Source: Ginglymostoma cirratum
Taxonomy: Eukaryota
DNA length: 64,000 nt
Assembly (NCBI GenBank): GCA_024137785.1
Contig: JAHRHZ010000218.1
Coordinates: forward strand, 34,058,586 to 34,122,585
Direction: 5' to 3'
Shown here: positions 36,284-49,719 of the stretch, piece after piece
Layout: each line of letters opens with the position of its first letter
Position numbering within the stretch: the first letter of the stretch is position 1
Translations under genes and position numbers: made by a program
The notes under the pieces: model-generated
Told to the model about the DNA's origin: nothing
The model's input: the letters and a program-made list of their open reading frames with translations, nothing else
Database searches by the model: none

Positions 36284-36401
36284 GTCTTACAACAGCTTCC
36301 ACCCAAACAAGACCGCGTAGAGATATGTTCAATGTCTGATAAACAAGAACAGGCATATGCTGCTCTCTACAAGAAGTTGAAGAGATCGATCAACAGTAAT
36401 G
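36284..36401 (+). CDS. SMARCAD1: SMARCAD1 exon ([25 protein letters not shown]...SINSN)
   Basis: tttag|GTC...AAT G|gtacgt; 118 nt, phase 0 to 1. Confidence 0.95.
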
Positions 36402-37093
36402 GTACGTTCTATGCCCGTTGATGACTAATTTTGTGTTGTATGTTCATACTAATTAAGTGCAATTTAGCCATATTCTTCATTTTTTAGGTTGTACTTTTGT
36501 CATATGGTACTTTAGTTAAAAGCTTTTAAAAAGTCTTCCCACTTAGACCAAAATGATGATGATGTGTTCATCATGAAGCACAGTTCTTCTTGGCAAATAG
36601 ATGAAGAATTTATTTTAAACTCAACTTCATTTACTCATTATGGATTTTTATCAAAGACTCTTCTACGGCCATAGTCGCGAGACTGTCTACAATTAAAAGA
36701 TAAATGCTATCTTAGGTGAGATATGGAAGTTTGTATCCATATTCTTGGCATCTATTGCATGTAGCTAGCACTTTGTTCCTTACTACATTCATCAATAGAG
36801 TACTATGGAATAATGTACCTTCAGGATCATTGTACGTGGATGGTTTTAAGGAACATCACTCGCATCATTCTGTAAGATCACAACTTGAAGGAACGTGCCA
36901 CATAACTCCTATAACAAAGAACAGTCAAAGTAGTTTATATTAATATGTTTCTTTGTTTTGATATAAGTCTTATCAGCTCTGCAAAAGGTAAGGGTAAAAA
37001 GTCGTTCGACCAAGTTACCAAAATGTAGATTGTTTGAGGTATGCTAACCTAAACAATGAGTGAACAGTTTATGTTTTTATGCTTATATCTTAG

Positions 37094-37212
37094 AAAAGAA
37101 TGAGTTATGCAATGTGATGATGCAACTTCGAAAGATGGCCAACCACCCTCTACTTCATAGGCAGTATTACACTGTGGAAAAGCTGAGGAAAATGGCCAAG
37201 CTGATGAAAAAG
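37094..37212 (+). CDS. SMARCAD1: SMARCAD1 exon ([25 protein letters not shown]...LMKK)
   Basis: cttag|AA...AAG|gtaaga; 119 nt, phase 1 to 0. Confidence 0.96.
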
Positions 37213-37587
37213 GTAAGATTTCTGATGACAGCCAAAGTTGCTACAATTTTATAATATTCTTCATAACTTCTGTGATTTAAAATGAAATCATAACTACTAC
37301 TAGCAAAGTTAAGAGGATAAATTTTGAATGAAGTTTTTCTAGAGAAATAAGTAGATCTTGTGCAGCATTTTTTTGTTATAAATTGGCAAATTAAATGTCT
37401 TAAGGCAAAATTAAAACTAAAATTCACTTCCTTCGGCCAGTTTTAAAAGTGGGATCAGAGCTCAACTGTCATTCAAACTGGTAAAACTAGGATGTACTTT
37501 GAGAGTTTATGAAGGTTACATGACTGAGATTCAGAAGGTGAGCCACCTTTCTATTAATATTTTACTGCTAATTCAATCCATCCTTAG

Positions 37588-37776
37588 GAGCCCACTCACA
37601 GAGATGCCAATCCTGATCTCATCTTTGAAGACATGGAGGCGATGACAGATTTTGAATTGCACCACTTGTGTCAAGAGTACAGTAGTATAAGAAGCTTTCA
37701 GTTAGAAATGGAGTTGCTCTTGGATTCCGGAAAGTTCCAAATTTTGGAGAATATACTTGCAGAACTTAAGGAGGAG
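37588..37776 (+). CDS. SMARCAD1: SMARCAD1 exon ([25 protein letters not shown]...DSGKF...ELKEE)
   Basis: cttag|GAG...GAG|gtaatt; 189 nt, phase 0 to 0. Confidence 0.96.
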
Positions 37777-38111
37777 GTAATTTTGCAAGCAATTATAATA
37801 GAACCTATTCAGTTTAGTTGATAGCCACCTCCTGGAGATAAGCTTGAAACAACATATGGATAGATGCTGTTGCTGTGTTTTTATCTTGTGTAATCTGGAC
37901 AAAGAATGCATTCAGTAAATATTTTTGCTGAGTTTGTCAACATCTCGTGTTCAAGATTTGTGTTAAGAATGCCCCAAGCTTGGAAATAAATTGTAGGAGC
38001 TCTCTTTCTGCCCTTATCACGAAAGAATATCGTGGATGGAACAAGCTAATGGTCTGCACAGAAAGGTTACAATCGGACTGTGGGGGAGAAAAAGTACTCC
38101 CCACGCTTAGT

Positions 38112-38375
38112 TAGTAATAGAGTCATGGAGATGGTCAGCATGGCAACAGACCCTTTGGTCCAACTCGTCCATACCGACCAGATATCCTAAATTAATCCAG
38201 TCCCATTTACTAACATTAGGCCCATATCCCCCTGAAGCCTTCCTATTCATGTACCCATCCAGATGCCTTTTAAATGTCGTAATTGTACCAGGCTCCTCCA
38301 CTTCCTCTGGCAGCTGAGTCCATACATGCACCACCCTCTGTGTGAAAAAAGTTGCCCCTTAGGCCCCTTTTAAAT
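38112..38375 (-). mobile_element. CR1 3' end fragment
   Basis: ORF 38107-38334 translates as WTQLPEEV...TFKRHLD.YM...GYG. Confidence 0.82.
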
Positions 38376-38693
38376 GCAGGAAACTATCCGTTGTGTTTCT
38401 CGTCTCTAGTGTTCCATTTATATTAGTTCATAAATTAAATTTTTATACAGTGCTATTTTAAATCTATAACGTCTATTTGAACACAATTTGTTTGGATATT
38501 TTAAAAATAAAAAAAAAATGCTTAATGCTTAACTCTCCACACTAATTATGGTTAACAGAATAGGATACTGCTACTAAAGAAAACAAATCTCTGTGTGTAT
38601 GCTGATGACTGACATGCATACTGTCATAAAATGAATAAGCTCCAGCTCAAATTCAATTTTGTGTCAACATCTCTAATTTGATATTGCTTTTAG

Positions 38694-38812
38694 GGTTCCA
38701 GAGTTGTCCTCTTTAGCCAGTTTACTATGATGTTGGACATCCTAGAAGTATTCTTGAGACACCATAAGCACAGATATCTTCGGCTGGATGGCAAAACTCA
38801 AATCTCTGACAG
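38694..38812 (+). CDS. SMARCAD1: SMARCAD1 exon, helicase C-terminal lobe motif IV ([16 protein letters not shown]...YLRLDGKT)
   Basis: tttag|GGT...AG|gtaaaa; 119 nt, phase 0 to 2. Confidence 0.97.
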
Positions 38813-39559
38813 GTAAAATTAATGCATGTTTCACTTTATTGTGTGCATAAAACATTATTTTACCTAATAGGAGCATTTTATTGACTCAACCTATTCGTCA
38901 GTCCCAGAAATTGTAACATACACCTGATCACAATTGTGGCTATAAGTTACTGACTGAAGGTTGGAAACTTTTAGTTGGGTCTTAAAAAGCGGAGAATTAG
39001 AAAAGATTCTTGTGTGCAAGTTTAAAAATTAAATCTAATGTTTTTTTTCCCTGTATTTAATAATTTTAGCTCATCCTTAACAGTCTCCAAATAAATGCAT
39101 TATCATAAGAAACCATTTGTGCAGTTTCTTAAGGATATCTGTGCTTTGCAACAGTGACTTCTACGGTTAATACATTCACTCATTTCCACAAAATGAATTA
39201 TGATGTATTATTTCTTGTTGGGAATGTATCTGTTTTCCACATTTGTTGATTTAGCTTCTATGTTTTGAGCATCAGTTTCTCTTTTCCGAAGTACCTTTTT
39301 ACACACCAACGCTGCATTTTCAAATTTTTTTTAAACTTTTCTCGCTGTGCCTTGACCTTTTCAAAACTTAGAGGAAGAAGCTTCAAGGCAGAGAACAAAT
39401 TGTTTTTTACAGAAGGCACTGTCATTTCCTGGATTGTTCTATTTTGGGCTAGGAATGGAATTGACAGTGATTCAGAAGAGCTTAGTGCAACTAGGGAAAG
39501 GCTCATAAATGTCCTAAAATATCTGTTAGCCCAGAGATTTCCTTCAAAATATCCCAGAA

Positions 39560-41375
39560 TGTTAAACAGGACTACTTGCATGCCAAACAGCATAAGTAGC
39601 AAGTGATAAGAGCTAAGCGATCCCATAATCTGAAGATCAGATCTAAGCTCTGCAGTCCTGCCACATCCGATCATGAATGGTGGTGGACAATTAAACAACT
39701 CACAGGAGACCGAGGTTCTACAAATATCTCTGTCCTTAATGATAGAATCCAACATACAGGTGCCAAAAGTAAGACTGAAGCATTTACAGCAATCTTCAGC
39801 CAGAAGTACCAAGTAAATAATCTATCTCAGCCTCCTCCAATGGTCTCCACCATTATAGATCTGTCTTCAGCCAATTCAATTCACTCTGCATGATACCAAG
39901 AAACAGCTGGAGGCACTGGATACTGCTGTGGGATCTGACAGTATTCCGGCAATAGTACTGAAGACTTGTGCTCTAGAACTTACCGTGTTCCAGCCAAGCT
40001 GTTACAGTGCAGTTACAACACAGGCATCTAGCCATCAATGTGGAAAATTGCCCAGGTATGTCCTGTATGCACAAAAAGCAAGACAAATCCAATCCAGCCA
40101 ATTACTGCCCTACTGGTCTACTCTCGATCATTAAATAAAGTGATGGATAGTATCATCAACAGTGCTATTAAACACCTCCTGACTTCATTACAGCCTTGGT
40201 TCAAACATGGACAAAAGAGCTGAATTCCAGAGGTGAGGTGAGAATGACAGTCCTTGACCGAGTGTGGCGTCAAGGAGCCCTAACAAAACAGGTATCGCGG
40301 TCAAACTCTCCACTGGTTAGAGTCAGACCTGGCACATAGGAAGATGGTTGTGAATGTTGGAGGTCAGTCATCTCAACTCCAGGACATCCCTGCAGGAATT
40401 CTACAGGGTAGTGTCCAAGACCCAACCATCTTCAGTTGCTTCACCAATGACTTTCCCTCCATCATAAGGTCAGAAATGGGGATGTTCACTGATGATTATG
40501 CAGTGTTCAGCACCATTCACTTCTCAGATACTGAAGCAGTCCTTGTTCAAATGGAGCAAGATCTGGACACTATCCAAGTTTGGGTTGATAACTGGCAAGT
40601 AACATCTGTGCCACACAAATGCCAGGCAATGACATCTCCAATAAGAGATCATCTAACCACCGTCCTTTGACATTCAATGGCATTACCATCACTGAATCCC
40701 CCACCATCAACATCTTTGGGGTCACCATTAACCAGAAATTCAACTGGACTTGTCACATAAATGCAGTGGCTACAAGAGCAGGTCAGAGTCTAGGAAAACT
40801 GTGGCAAGTAGCTCACCTCCTGACTCCCCAAAGCCCGATCACAATCGACAAGGCACAATTCAGGAGTGTGATGGACTACTACCCGCTTGCCTGGATGGGT
40901 GCAACTCCAGCAACACTCAAGAAGCTTGACATAATCCAGGACAAGGTAGCCTGCTTGTTTGGCACCACATCCACAAGCACCATTCCCTCCACTGACGCTC
41001 AGCAGCAGCAGTGTGTACTGTGTACAAGATGCACTTCGGAAATTCACCAAAGATCCTTAGATGGCACTTTCCAAACCCATGACCATTTCCATCTAGAAGG
41101 ACAAGGGCAGCAGATATATTGGAACATCACCACCTGCAAGTTCCCCTCAGAGCTCCTCCCCATTGTGACTTGGAAATACATTGCTGGTCCCTTCACTGTT
41201 GCTCGGTCAAAATGCTGGAACTCCCCTGCTGAGGGCATCGTGGGTCAAAGTGCAGCATGTGCCCTGCAGCAGTTCAAGAAGGCAGCTCACCACCACTTTC
41301 TCAAGGCAGCTAGGGAGTGGCGATAAAAATCCTGGCCAGCCAGTGATGTCCACATCACTAAGTGAATATTTAAAG
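39560..41375 (+). mobile_element. 5'-truncated CR1/L2-group LINE (different family from the HER1-like copies), decayed RT
   Basis: G.DSIPAIVLKTCA, WKIAQV.P, GILQGSV.DPTIF, FTDD, K.QFRSVMDY motifs; distinct 3' tail. Confidence 0.85.
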
Positions 41376-42000
41376 TAAAGGGGTTTTGCTTCAGAATTCT
41401 TTTAGAAGTTGTTCTCTGTGAACCTCAATTAGAATCTTTCCTGAAACATGAGCTTTCAAATTGGATGCTCCATTTAGTAACTTTCAAGTTCTAAGCAGGC
41501 TTTTGATTTTGTTGTTGTTGTTGTTTTTATTCTGGATGACCTCTGGAGCTAAGTGCATCATTAACAATTGAATTATATTAAAATGTTTTCGTTTTCTTTT
41601 TCTGTTTCTATCTGAGGATTTTGCTGTGCTAATATTACTTATTGCCACGTGGTGTGCTTTTCCCGAATCGAAGAAAGATTTTTTTGGTGTCTCTGGAAGT
41701 AATGTTTTATTAGTGGAGTTAGATACTTTTGAATAAGTGCTTGTAACTTTTCAAGGCATGTATTTCTTTGAGGTGGTCCAAGTTGAAATAATGTCTAGGA
41801 AGTCTGGATTATGCAAGAAGCCTGAATATTCTAAAAGTAGTTCTTTTAACCTTTTTTTAGATATCTGATCATTTCTATTAAAAACGTATTTGTATTTCAC
41901 TATTCAATGTCTGTCCGTTTTCTTACCAGCTTTAAATGTTTAAATTAAACTTAATAATCAGAGCATTTTAATTCTCTAAGGAAAGGGTTGGTTTTCATAA

Positions 42001-42240
<240 letters not shown>

Positions 42241-43189
42241 TAAGTTGAAAAATTAATATCCACTATTCCCAAACTCTAGACCTTAACAGAGGCACTTGTT
42301 AAAGGAGCTTATGAGCACGACATTTTGGCTTTTGGCTTTCCAGTACAGTGTTGGTGGTTCATTTGAATCTCCATTTGTTGGGTGGAATTTTGAGATAGTG
42401 AATTGGGGAAATTGAGGTAGTCAACTCATACTGCTTTTACATATATTCTGGGAGCTCGCTTTAGAGATTCATTGCCAGGCATGTGGAAACCTGTAAATGG
42501 TCTGGGTTTGAAAAGGATTTGTGGAAAAATGTACATGATTAGTTCTTGCATTTCACTTTTCCCCCCCCCATAACACTAATAGATTCTCTCCATTCCTTGT
42601 GTTTCTATTCATTGAGAAAAATAGGGAACAGGTTCAAGGGACTCTATTTAATGATTAGGTTATACTTTGCAAACTTTCATTTGCACTTTGGACTGCGATA
42701 AAGTTGAAATGAAATAATTGCTTTTACTACTGGGAATGCAAGAAGAGGGTGCAGAAAGCAGAACATGGATTGGAGCCATTTCTATACCTAATCAAGAATT
42801 ACAGAAGTTTTCACTGTTTTCACCTTCAGTATGAGCTCTACTGTAAGCCGAGAGCAAGCAATGTTGACCAGAAAATCTCACTTTACAAGAACTAAAGTTT
42901 AAATAACTAATCTGTTTTCCAGAGGTATTACCTCAGATGCTTATTTAATTGGCAGACTTTACAGCTAGTTTTATCCTTCAGTTGATATGCTTTGGTGCAA
43001 TGCAATAGAGAATATATGCCAATCTGTTTCTAGTTGATGGTGTTAATATCAAAATAGTACAATGTAACAAGCATTAATCTTTGCAATACAAACATTTCAT
43101 CTTAGGAGATATTGTAAAGTTAATTGAATGATCGCTGTGCTACACAATAATATCAAGATTCAGAACATTAAACTAGCCCCAGTCCAGCA

Positions 43190-44115
43190 CAACAAAAACA
43201 GAAGTTGCTGTAAAGCTCAGCAGGTCTGGCAGCATCTGTGAAGAAAATATCAGAGTTAACATTTCAGGTCGGGTGACTCTTCCTCACTGCTGATGGTAGC
43301 GTCAAAAATGTCGGTTTATATGCAAAAGACAGGGAGGGGAATGGGGTGGGCAGTAAACGATAGGATAAAGGATAGAGCCCAAAGAGCGAGAAGAGCAGTT
43401 GGATAGACAAAGGAGTTGACAATGATCTGGCTAGGAGGGTGAATAGCTGTTATTGGAGACTGTTAGTGACTAACAGTAGGTAGTGTGTAGTGATAACAAG
43501 GCCTGGTGTGTGGGGCAGGGTCCCCAAGCAGGAAAAGAGATGGTGTTCTTCAGCTTGCGCTGAGCTTTGTTGGAACGCTGCAGCAAGCCTGAGACAGAAA
43601 TGTTGGCCAGGGAACAGGGTGGTTTGTCAAAGTGGCAGGCAACTGGAAGCTCAGGGTCTTTTTTGTGAGCAGAACATAGATGTGCTGCGAAATGGTCACC
43701 CAGTCTACGCTTCGTTTCCCCAATGTAGAGGGGACCACATTGTGAGCAGAAAATGCAGTAGACTAGATTCTAGGAAGTACAGGTGAAGTGTTGCTTCACC
43801 TGGAAGGTATGTTTGGGCCCTTGGATACTGCAGGGGCAGGTGTCATGGAGCTATGGGGGTGAGGTATTGGGAATGAAGGAAGAGTGGACCAGGATGTTCT
43901 GGAGGCAAAAGTCCCTGCAGAGGGAGGGGAAGGGAATATGTATCTGGTGGTGGCATCTCACTGGATTTGGTGGAAATGCTATCTGATCTTCTGGAAGTGG
44001 ACAGTAGGTAAGGACAAGGGGAACCCTATCGCTGTTGCGGGAGGGAAGAGAGGGGGTGACGGCAGAAGTGTGGGAGATGGGTCAGACCTGTTAAGGGCCC
44101 TGTCAACAATGGTGC
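43190..44115 (-). mobile_element. Degenerate Penelope-like element (GIY-YIG fragment plus pLTR); a short pLTR fragment also at about 44505-44620
   Basis: The - strand reads NLVYCIFCSQCGPLYIGETKRRLGDHFAAH around 43680-43770; terminal ctgaaatgttaactctg...gccagacctgctgagc unit. Confidence 0.82.
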
Positions 44116-45058
44116 TAACTTTGTGCGATACAACAATTTAATGTGTTTCAGTTGTTAACGAGGAGCAACTCTAAGGATCCCTTCAAAGAAATTGATCTGT
44201 GGTTTGATATAACTTCCAACTCGTTTCCAGCAGTAAATGAATGATACAAAATGTGTAGTAATTAGTATTTCAACAAATCATAAGCTAAACATAGAATATT
44301 ATCTGAAAAAATAGAAGCAATTTTGCACAATTGCATTTGATTTTCAGAGGTGAGTCTCTAGCCTGCCTTGTTCAGGGTTTAAAAGTTTAAGTTAGTGTTG
44401 TTCTGCTTGGAATTTTTTCGTTGGGACTTGTTCCAAACATTAGTTTGCATAAAGTCAGTGCACAGCAGCTTTTGTTTATACCAGCAGGAATCGTTGGCAG
44501 TAAAATAAAACAAAGAACTCTGGATGCTGGAGATCTGAAGCAAAAACAGAAATTACTAGTGAAACTCAGCAGATCTGGCAGCATTTGTGGGGGTATAGCA
44601 GAGTTAATGTTTCAAGTGCAACTAAATACTAGATTCCCCAAGCTATAATGTTCCTTCAGACATATTTTTGATATACTTTTCCTTCAAAGCTGCAGTGTGT
44701 TAATATTTCCCCAGAGTTGATACCCAACTTTGCCAACAGGTACTTGAGGGTCCTGTGGGGTGGTCCTGCAGAGAGGTTAGCCTGCCTCTCCACAGAACCA
44801 CCAGAGGAAGCATGGCACCAGACCCTGCCACCTGGGTCACTAGTTGTCACAGTACTAGGAACATCCAGCATTGCAGAAGCACGTTAATAGTCTCCTGTGC
44901 CCTGAGAGTAAGTATCACGATCTTCTTTCTATTGCCGTCTCACACTCTAATTCTGCGATTGTACCTACCCCTTCCCAGGGCTCATGTTCTACCACTCCTG
45001 CAACGGCATCGCATATTATCTTTCCTTTTCTTGCACTGAGGAGGAACCACATTACAAG

Positions 45059-45650
45059 TGTTATAGAGGAGAAGTTGAGGTCCTCTGATAATTAAAATCA
45101 AAACACAAGCCCCCAGTGTGTTAACAGCCAGAGTAGAGGTCCCCTTCTAATAATTAAACCCAAAACACCCGGAGAATCTCACCTAATCTGTTAAAAAGGA
45201 GTGGTTAAATTAAAGAAAATCCCTGATATTCACTTTATAAGCAACAAGTAACAATTTATTCAACCCTAACAGTGAACAAATTAACAGATCTATTAACAAC
45301 CCGAACAATTCCCCCCTAACTACTAACTATTCCCTAACTGAACAAAATTCTACTGGTAAGCTGTTCCAATAAACACCAGTCTCTTTTGTATAAACCCATG
45401 TAATAAGAAAACTAAATTAAAACTTAGCCTCTCAAAGTTCATACAGGGTGTGTCTTCCGTAATGTTCTGCTTTTTCTGCTGTGTCTCCAGTCGTAAGTGC
45501 CTTTCTTCCACCCATCCTTCTGTCAGGGATGTTTTCTCTGTGAATTCTTCTAGTCGGATGTTTAGCTAGAAGTGCCTTGGTACCTTTAATGGACAGGTGG
45601 TGCTTTCTCAGAGAGCTGAGAGATTTCTGGGAGAGCTAGATGTTTATTCC
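45059..45650. mobile_element. Possible solo-LTR-like remnant(s)
   Basis: Two similar TGTTA-initiated units at 45059 and 45120; - strand AATAAA near 45255; no coding evidence. Confidence 0.3.
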
Positions 45651-46681
45651 TGAGAAACATAGAAGATAGGAGCAGGAGGAGGCCATTCAGCCTTTCTAGC
45701 CTGTCCCGCTATTCGTCATGATCATGGCTGAGCATCCAACCCAGTAGCCTAATCCTGAACTGGAGAACTTTGAAAGGTAATTGCTACTTTTGCAACTAGA
45801 ATGAACCCTTCCAGCCACAAAACTTTGCTATTGCAGCCATTCATATGATAGGTTAATAGTATTGAGTGATGTGGCCGAGAGTACTTGTGGTTGACCCAGT
45901 AGGTCAATGTATGAGGACCACATTGAGCATTTTGTGATAACAGATACCCTTCACCCATTACTGTGTGGGTGTCTTCTTAATTTTATTATCCTTTGAAGGG
46001 CCTATCATCACAGAAGTAGAGCCCAGTGTCAAGAGATAAAAACATGAACACTGCCGTCTAGGTGTGGTAGCAGCCATTTTAATTTCCATCATTTGGATTG
46101 AGGATGAAAGGAAACACAGGTTGCTCCTCACAGTACAAGATGCAGGCTCAGCCTTTCACTGTATGTAACTCCCTCAAATCTTCATATTCCTTTCCTCCTT
46201 GTCCTCTCTGTCAACCGCATTAGCCTTGATCTTCTCTAGAATTCTCTGCAGCCTGTCTTATTTAATTGCTTATCTCTTTTCAACTGACCCCCAGCCCCTC
46301 AATCCCAGGAATACATCTTAGTCGTGGACTGTTAATTCACGCCCTCACACGGCCACCCATGCTCATTTGAAGTCAGGGTTGTGGTAATTGCTGATGACGC
46401 GCACAAATCACAAATGATTTCACCAGCATCGCACAGCAGTAGTTGCTGACAACCCCCTAGACTTTTGAGTGGGCAGACCATAGCTCAAGTCCTGACTGAC
46501 TTATAACGATAGCCCCAGTTGATGAGTGACCACGGACCTTGGATTGATCTCTGTGCTGCTGTCTAACTCTGACTGTGAATTACCTGACTGGTTAAGCTGG
46601 ATCTGCAGGACTGGCCATTGCCTACTCCCCAGACTGCAGAGGGACGGACCTTGTGACCCTGGATACCCCAAACACTCCAAA

Positions 46682-47290
46682 GTTTTAGCTTTCATTAATA
46701 GAGGGATTGAGTTCAAGAGCTGTGAAGTTATGCTCCAGCTATACAAAACCCTGGTTCGGCCACATCTGGAGTATTGTGTCCAGTTCTGGTCACCTCATTA
46801 CAGGAACGATGTGGAAGCGTTGGAAAAGGTGCAGAGGGGATTTACCAGGATGTTGCCTGGAATAGCGGGAAGGCCTTACGAGGAAAGGTTGAGAGAGCTC
46901 GGGCTTTTCTCTTTAGAACGACGAAGGATGAGAGGTGACTTGATGGAGGTGTACAAAATGATCAGAAGTATAGAAAGAGTGGACAGCAAGAGAGTTTTTC
47001 CCAGGATGGAGGTAGCTATTACGAGGGGGCATAGTTTTAAAGTGAGTGGAGGTAGATATAGGGGAGACATGAGAGGTAGGTTCTTTACTCAGAGTGGTAG
47101 GGGCGTGGAGTGCTTTGCCGGAGAGGGTAATGGAGTCGGCCTCATTAGGAGCATTTAAGCGGCTATTAGATAGGCATATGGATGATAAGGTAGGGGTGGA
47201 GGTATAGATAGACCTTTGGTTTAGGGTAAAAGTTCAGCACGACATAGTGGGCCGAAGGCCCTGTACTGTGCTGTACTGTTCTATGTTCTA
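46682..47290 (+). mobile_element. Young CR1 3' fragment
   Basis: Open RT C-terminus LYKTLVRPHLEYCVQFWSP...RRRMRGDL; 3' end ctgtactgtgctgtactgttctatgttcta. Confidence 0.9.
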
Positions 47291-49281
47291 AACAGCTACC
47301 TGACCAAATCCAGTCCCCTAATCTATCAGAAGATACCCTTGACATACTTGCTGGTACCCCTTATTTGAACACAGTCTCCCTTGACTCAGAGTTGCTCACC
47401 TTTGACTTTGAGGCATGTCCATTTGGATGATGCCCATTCACTCTATTTACTGCCTACACTGCAGGCACATGATGTAGGTGTGACACTTATGTACTACTGC
47501 AATCCGGTACAGCAGCATATTCACCCCCTTGACTGATCACTGCTGACAACAATGACAAGCTGTCTGGCTTTATTTCTGCATTAGAAGGCTAAATAAGACA
47601 GGACTTTGAATTGAAGGACTATATTCTAAGCGAGTTAGAGAAGTGCCTTAAGGATGTGATGAAACTAGTACGTGTGCAATGCCAACCTACTGAGTTTAAC
47701 CATAAACATTGAGGACTGTTGGCTGCAGTGGAGGCCAGAGGAATAAGCAGTGACCTGGAGCTACCAGGTAGCCACTCCTAACTACGTAAGAAGATTAGGT
47801 ACTAATGACACGTAAGTGCAAGCAAATAGACCTCTTGCTGTTCATCAGCAAAATTCTCATCTTGTAGACTTAGACTTTTCTTCACAACATAGAGAATCAC
47901 CATATTTTGCCAACTGACTCACCGTTGCCTACATCTTTCAGGGGCTTGGAGAATGTAATCTGTAAATTCCATCACTATTACAATGACCAAGGGAAAAGAA
48001 TAGAATCTATAGACAACTCAGTCGATATTTGAATGCTATTATTCCAAAAACATGCATTTATGGCCCAACTTAATATCTCCAGCATAGGGGCAGCAAAGCA
48101 TGATAATTATTTTTCATTTTTTTTAATAGTATTTTAAATGTTGATGTACATTGTGCATCACTGACAGAACTGGCTTGCAAATATATACTTCCACCTACCT
48201 TAACTACCCTTTCATCTCAGTTGTGGATTAATGTAAGCCAGGATCTAGATGATTCAGACAGACAATGCATCTTGATTAAAACTTGAGGCTGATTTTTATT
48301 AAGTTTAAAGAGTTAAGTTTTGAGGGAATTCATTTTCTAATTCAAGGTCCCCAGTACTTTATTGTCATTTCAAAATATTTACATTTCCACCACCATCCTG
48401 GCTGTTACTGTGGTACGATGAAGAATGCAAAATAGATAGCTGATTAGACTATGCTTAATTTTAGATTACTGACATTTCAATTCTGACTGTGCAACATCGG
48501 TTTCACAATGGTATTGAGGCATATCTGAGATTGAAAAGTGACGTTTTTGATGTGTCAACTGCAAATATTCTACCACAGTATTGTTACTGCCTTATACAAT
48601 CAAAAGTAAAGAATCAAGCATCTTGATCATCAAATAAAAAAATGATATTCAAAGAAGCCACAACACGCCTATTACTGCTTTGGATCCTTGTCAGTTTTGC
48701 ATTCCAAGAGTGCCCTCTGAAACAGTTAATGTAGGGCATATGGTGCTGCAAGTTATTTGAATTTATAATTATCATGGGGACTAGTTTATCACTATATTTG
48801 TCTGTGTAGCTTACTGTTTTCAATTTTTTTTTTATGCTGTACTTAACTTCAGAATTTACAATGGGATTTTCCAGTCATTTGTCAATGAAGACGTGATTAG
48901 TGTTATAACATGTTTGAAACCTTAGTAGGATGAAAATGTTATATAGCCAGATTAATGAAACATGTTCAGAATGTTAGGTCAAATTTTAGGTCAGAAATAG
49001 TTCGCATCTGAAGTTGGAGGCTAGGTGTTCTAACTGCCATAACTAATCTGTTTCAAGCGTGAGGATTTCTGATGGAAACTGAAATTTTCCAGATCTTCTA
49101 TTAAATGTAGCAGTGACACACAAGCTTGCTAATGAGAAAGAAAAGCAATGGGGAAGTTAAGCTGAAGCTAAAACTGTTTTGTATTATTTGGAGAAAATGG
49201 AATCAGTATTTGAAAAGGAAGAACACGAAATGCAATGAAAAATCAATCCTACTATTTCATAACTTTTTATTTCATTTGTAG

Positions 49282-49391
49282 AATAGTGCATGTTGTAAAA
49301 CTGATCAGCAAAGGGACTATTGAAGAATCCATGCTTAAAATTGGTGAACATAAACTGAAACTAGAACAGGATATGACTTCAACAGAAACAG
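49282..49391 (+). CDS. SMARCAD1: SMARCAD1 penultimate coding exon ([18 protein letters not shown]...KLKLEQDMT)
   Basis: tgtag|A ATA...ACA G|gtgagt; 110 nt, phase 2 to 1. Confidence 0.96.
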
Positions 49392-49719
49392 GTGAGTCAT
49401 GCAGCTGAGTATCGTACATGTTTCCTTTCTCCTCAGTGGAAACTGTGCCCCAGTTTCGGTTAGTTTGCCATCTAGTAATATTGGGGGGGAAAAAGCGTTG
49501 GCTAACCAGAACTGGTGTTTTTCCATATACAAAGCTCTTTATTTAAATTTCCTTTTTTTCTTGGACCTCATATGTTCCATGAAAATGTATGTTCTGTTGG
49601 AGAAGCCGTTGAAGAATTCTTGAGAGGTGGAATTAATTTTGCTTGGAAATATGGCAGGATTGAAGCCATCCCCCACAAGTAAGAAGAGACAAGGGAGCAT
49701 AAGAAGATGGATGGCATTT

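Noticed and set aside
39258-41326. ORFs of 184 aa (-) and 235 aa (+)
   Set aside because: They are antisense and frameshifted pieces of a decayed LINE RT.
46526-47158. 210-aa ORF as a possible novel or domesticated gene
   Set aside because: It is chance upstream open sequence fused to a 5'-truncated CR1 RT C-terminus that lacks the catalytic core.
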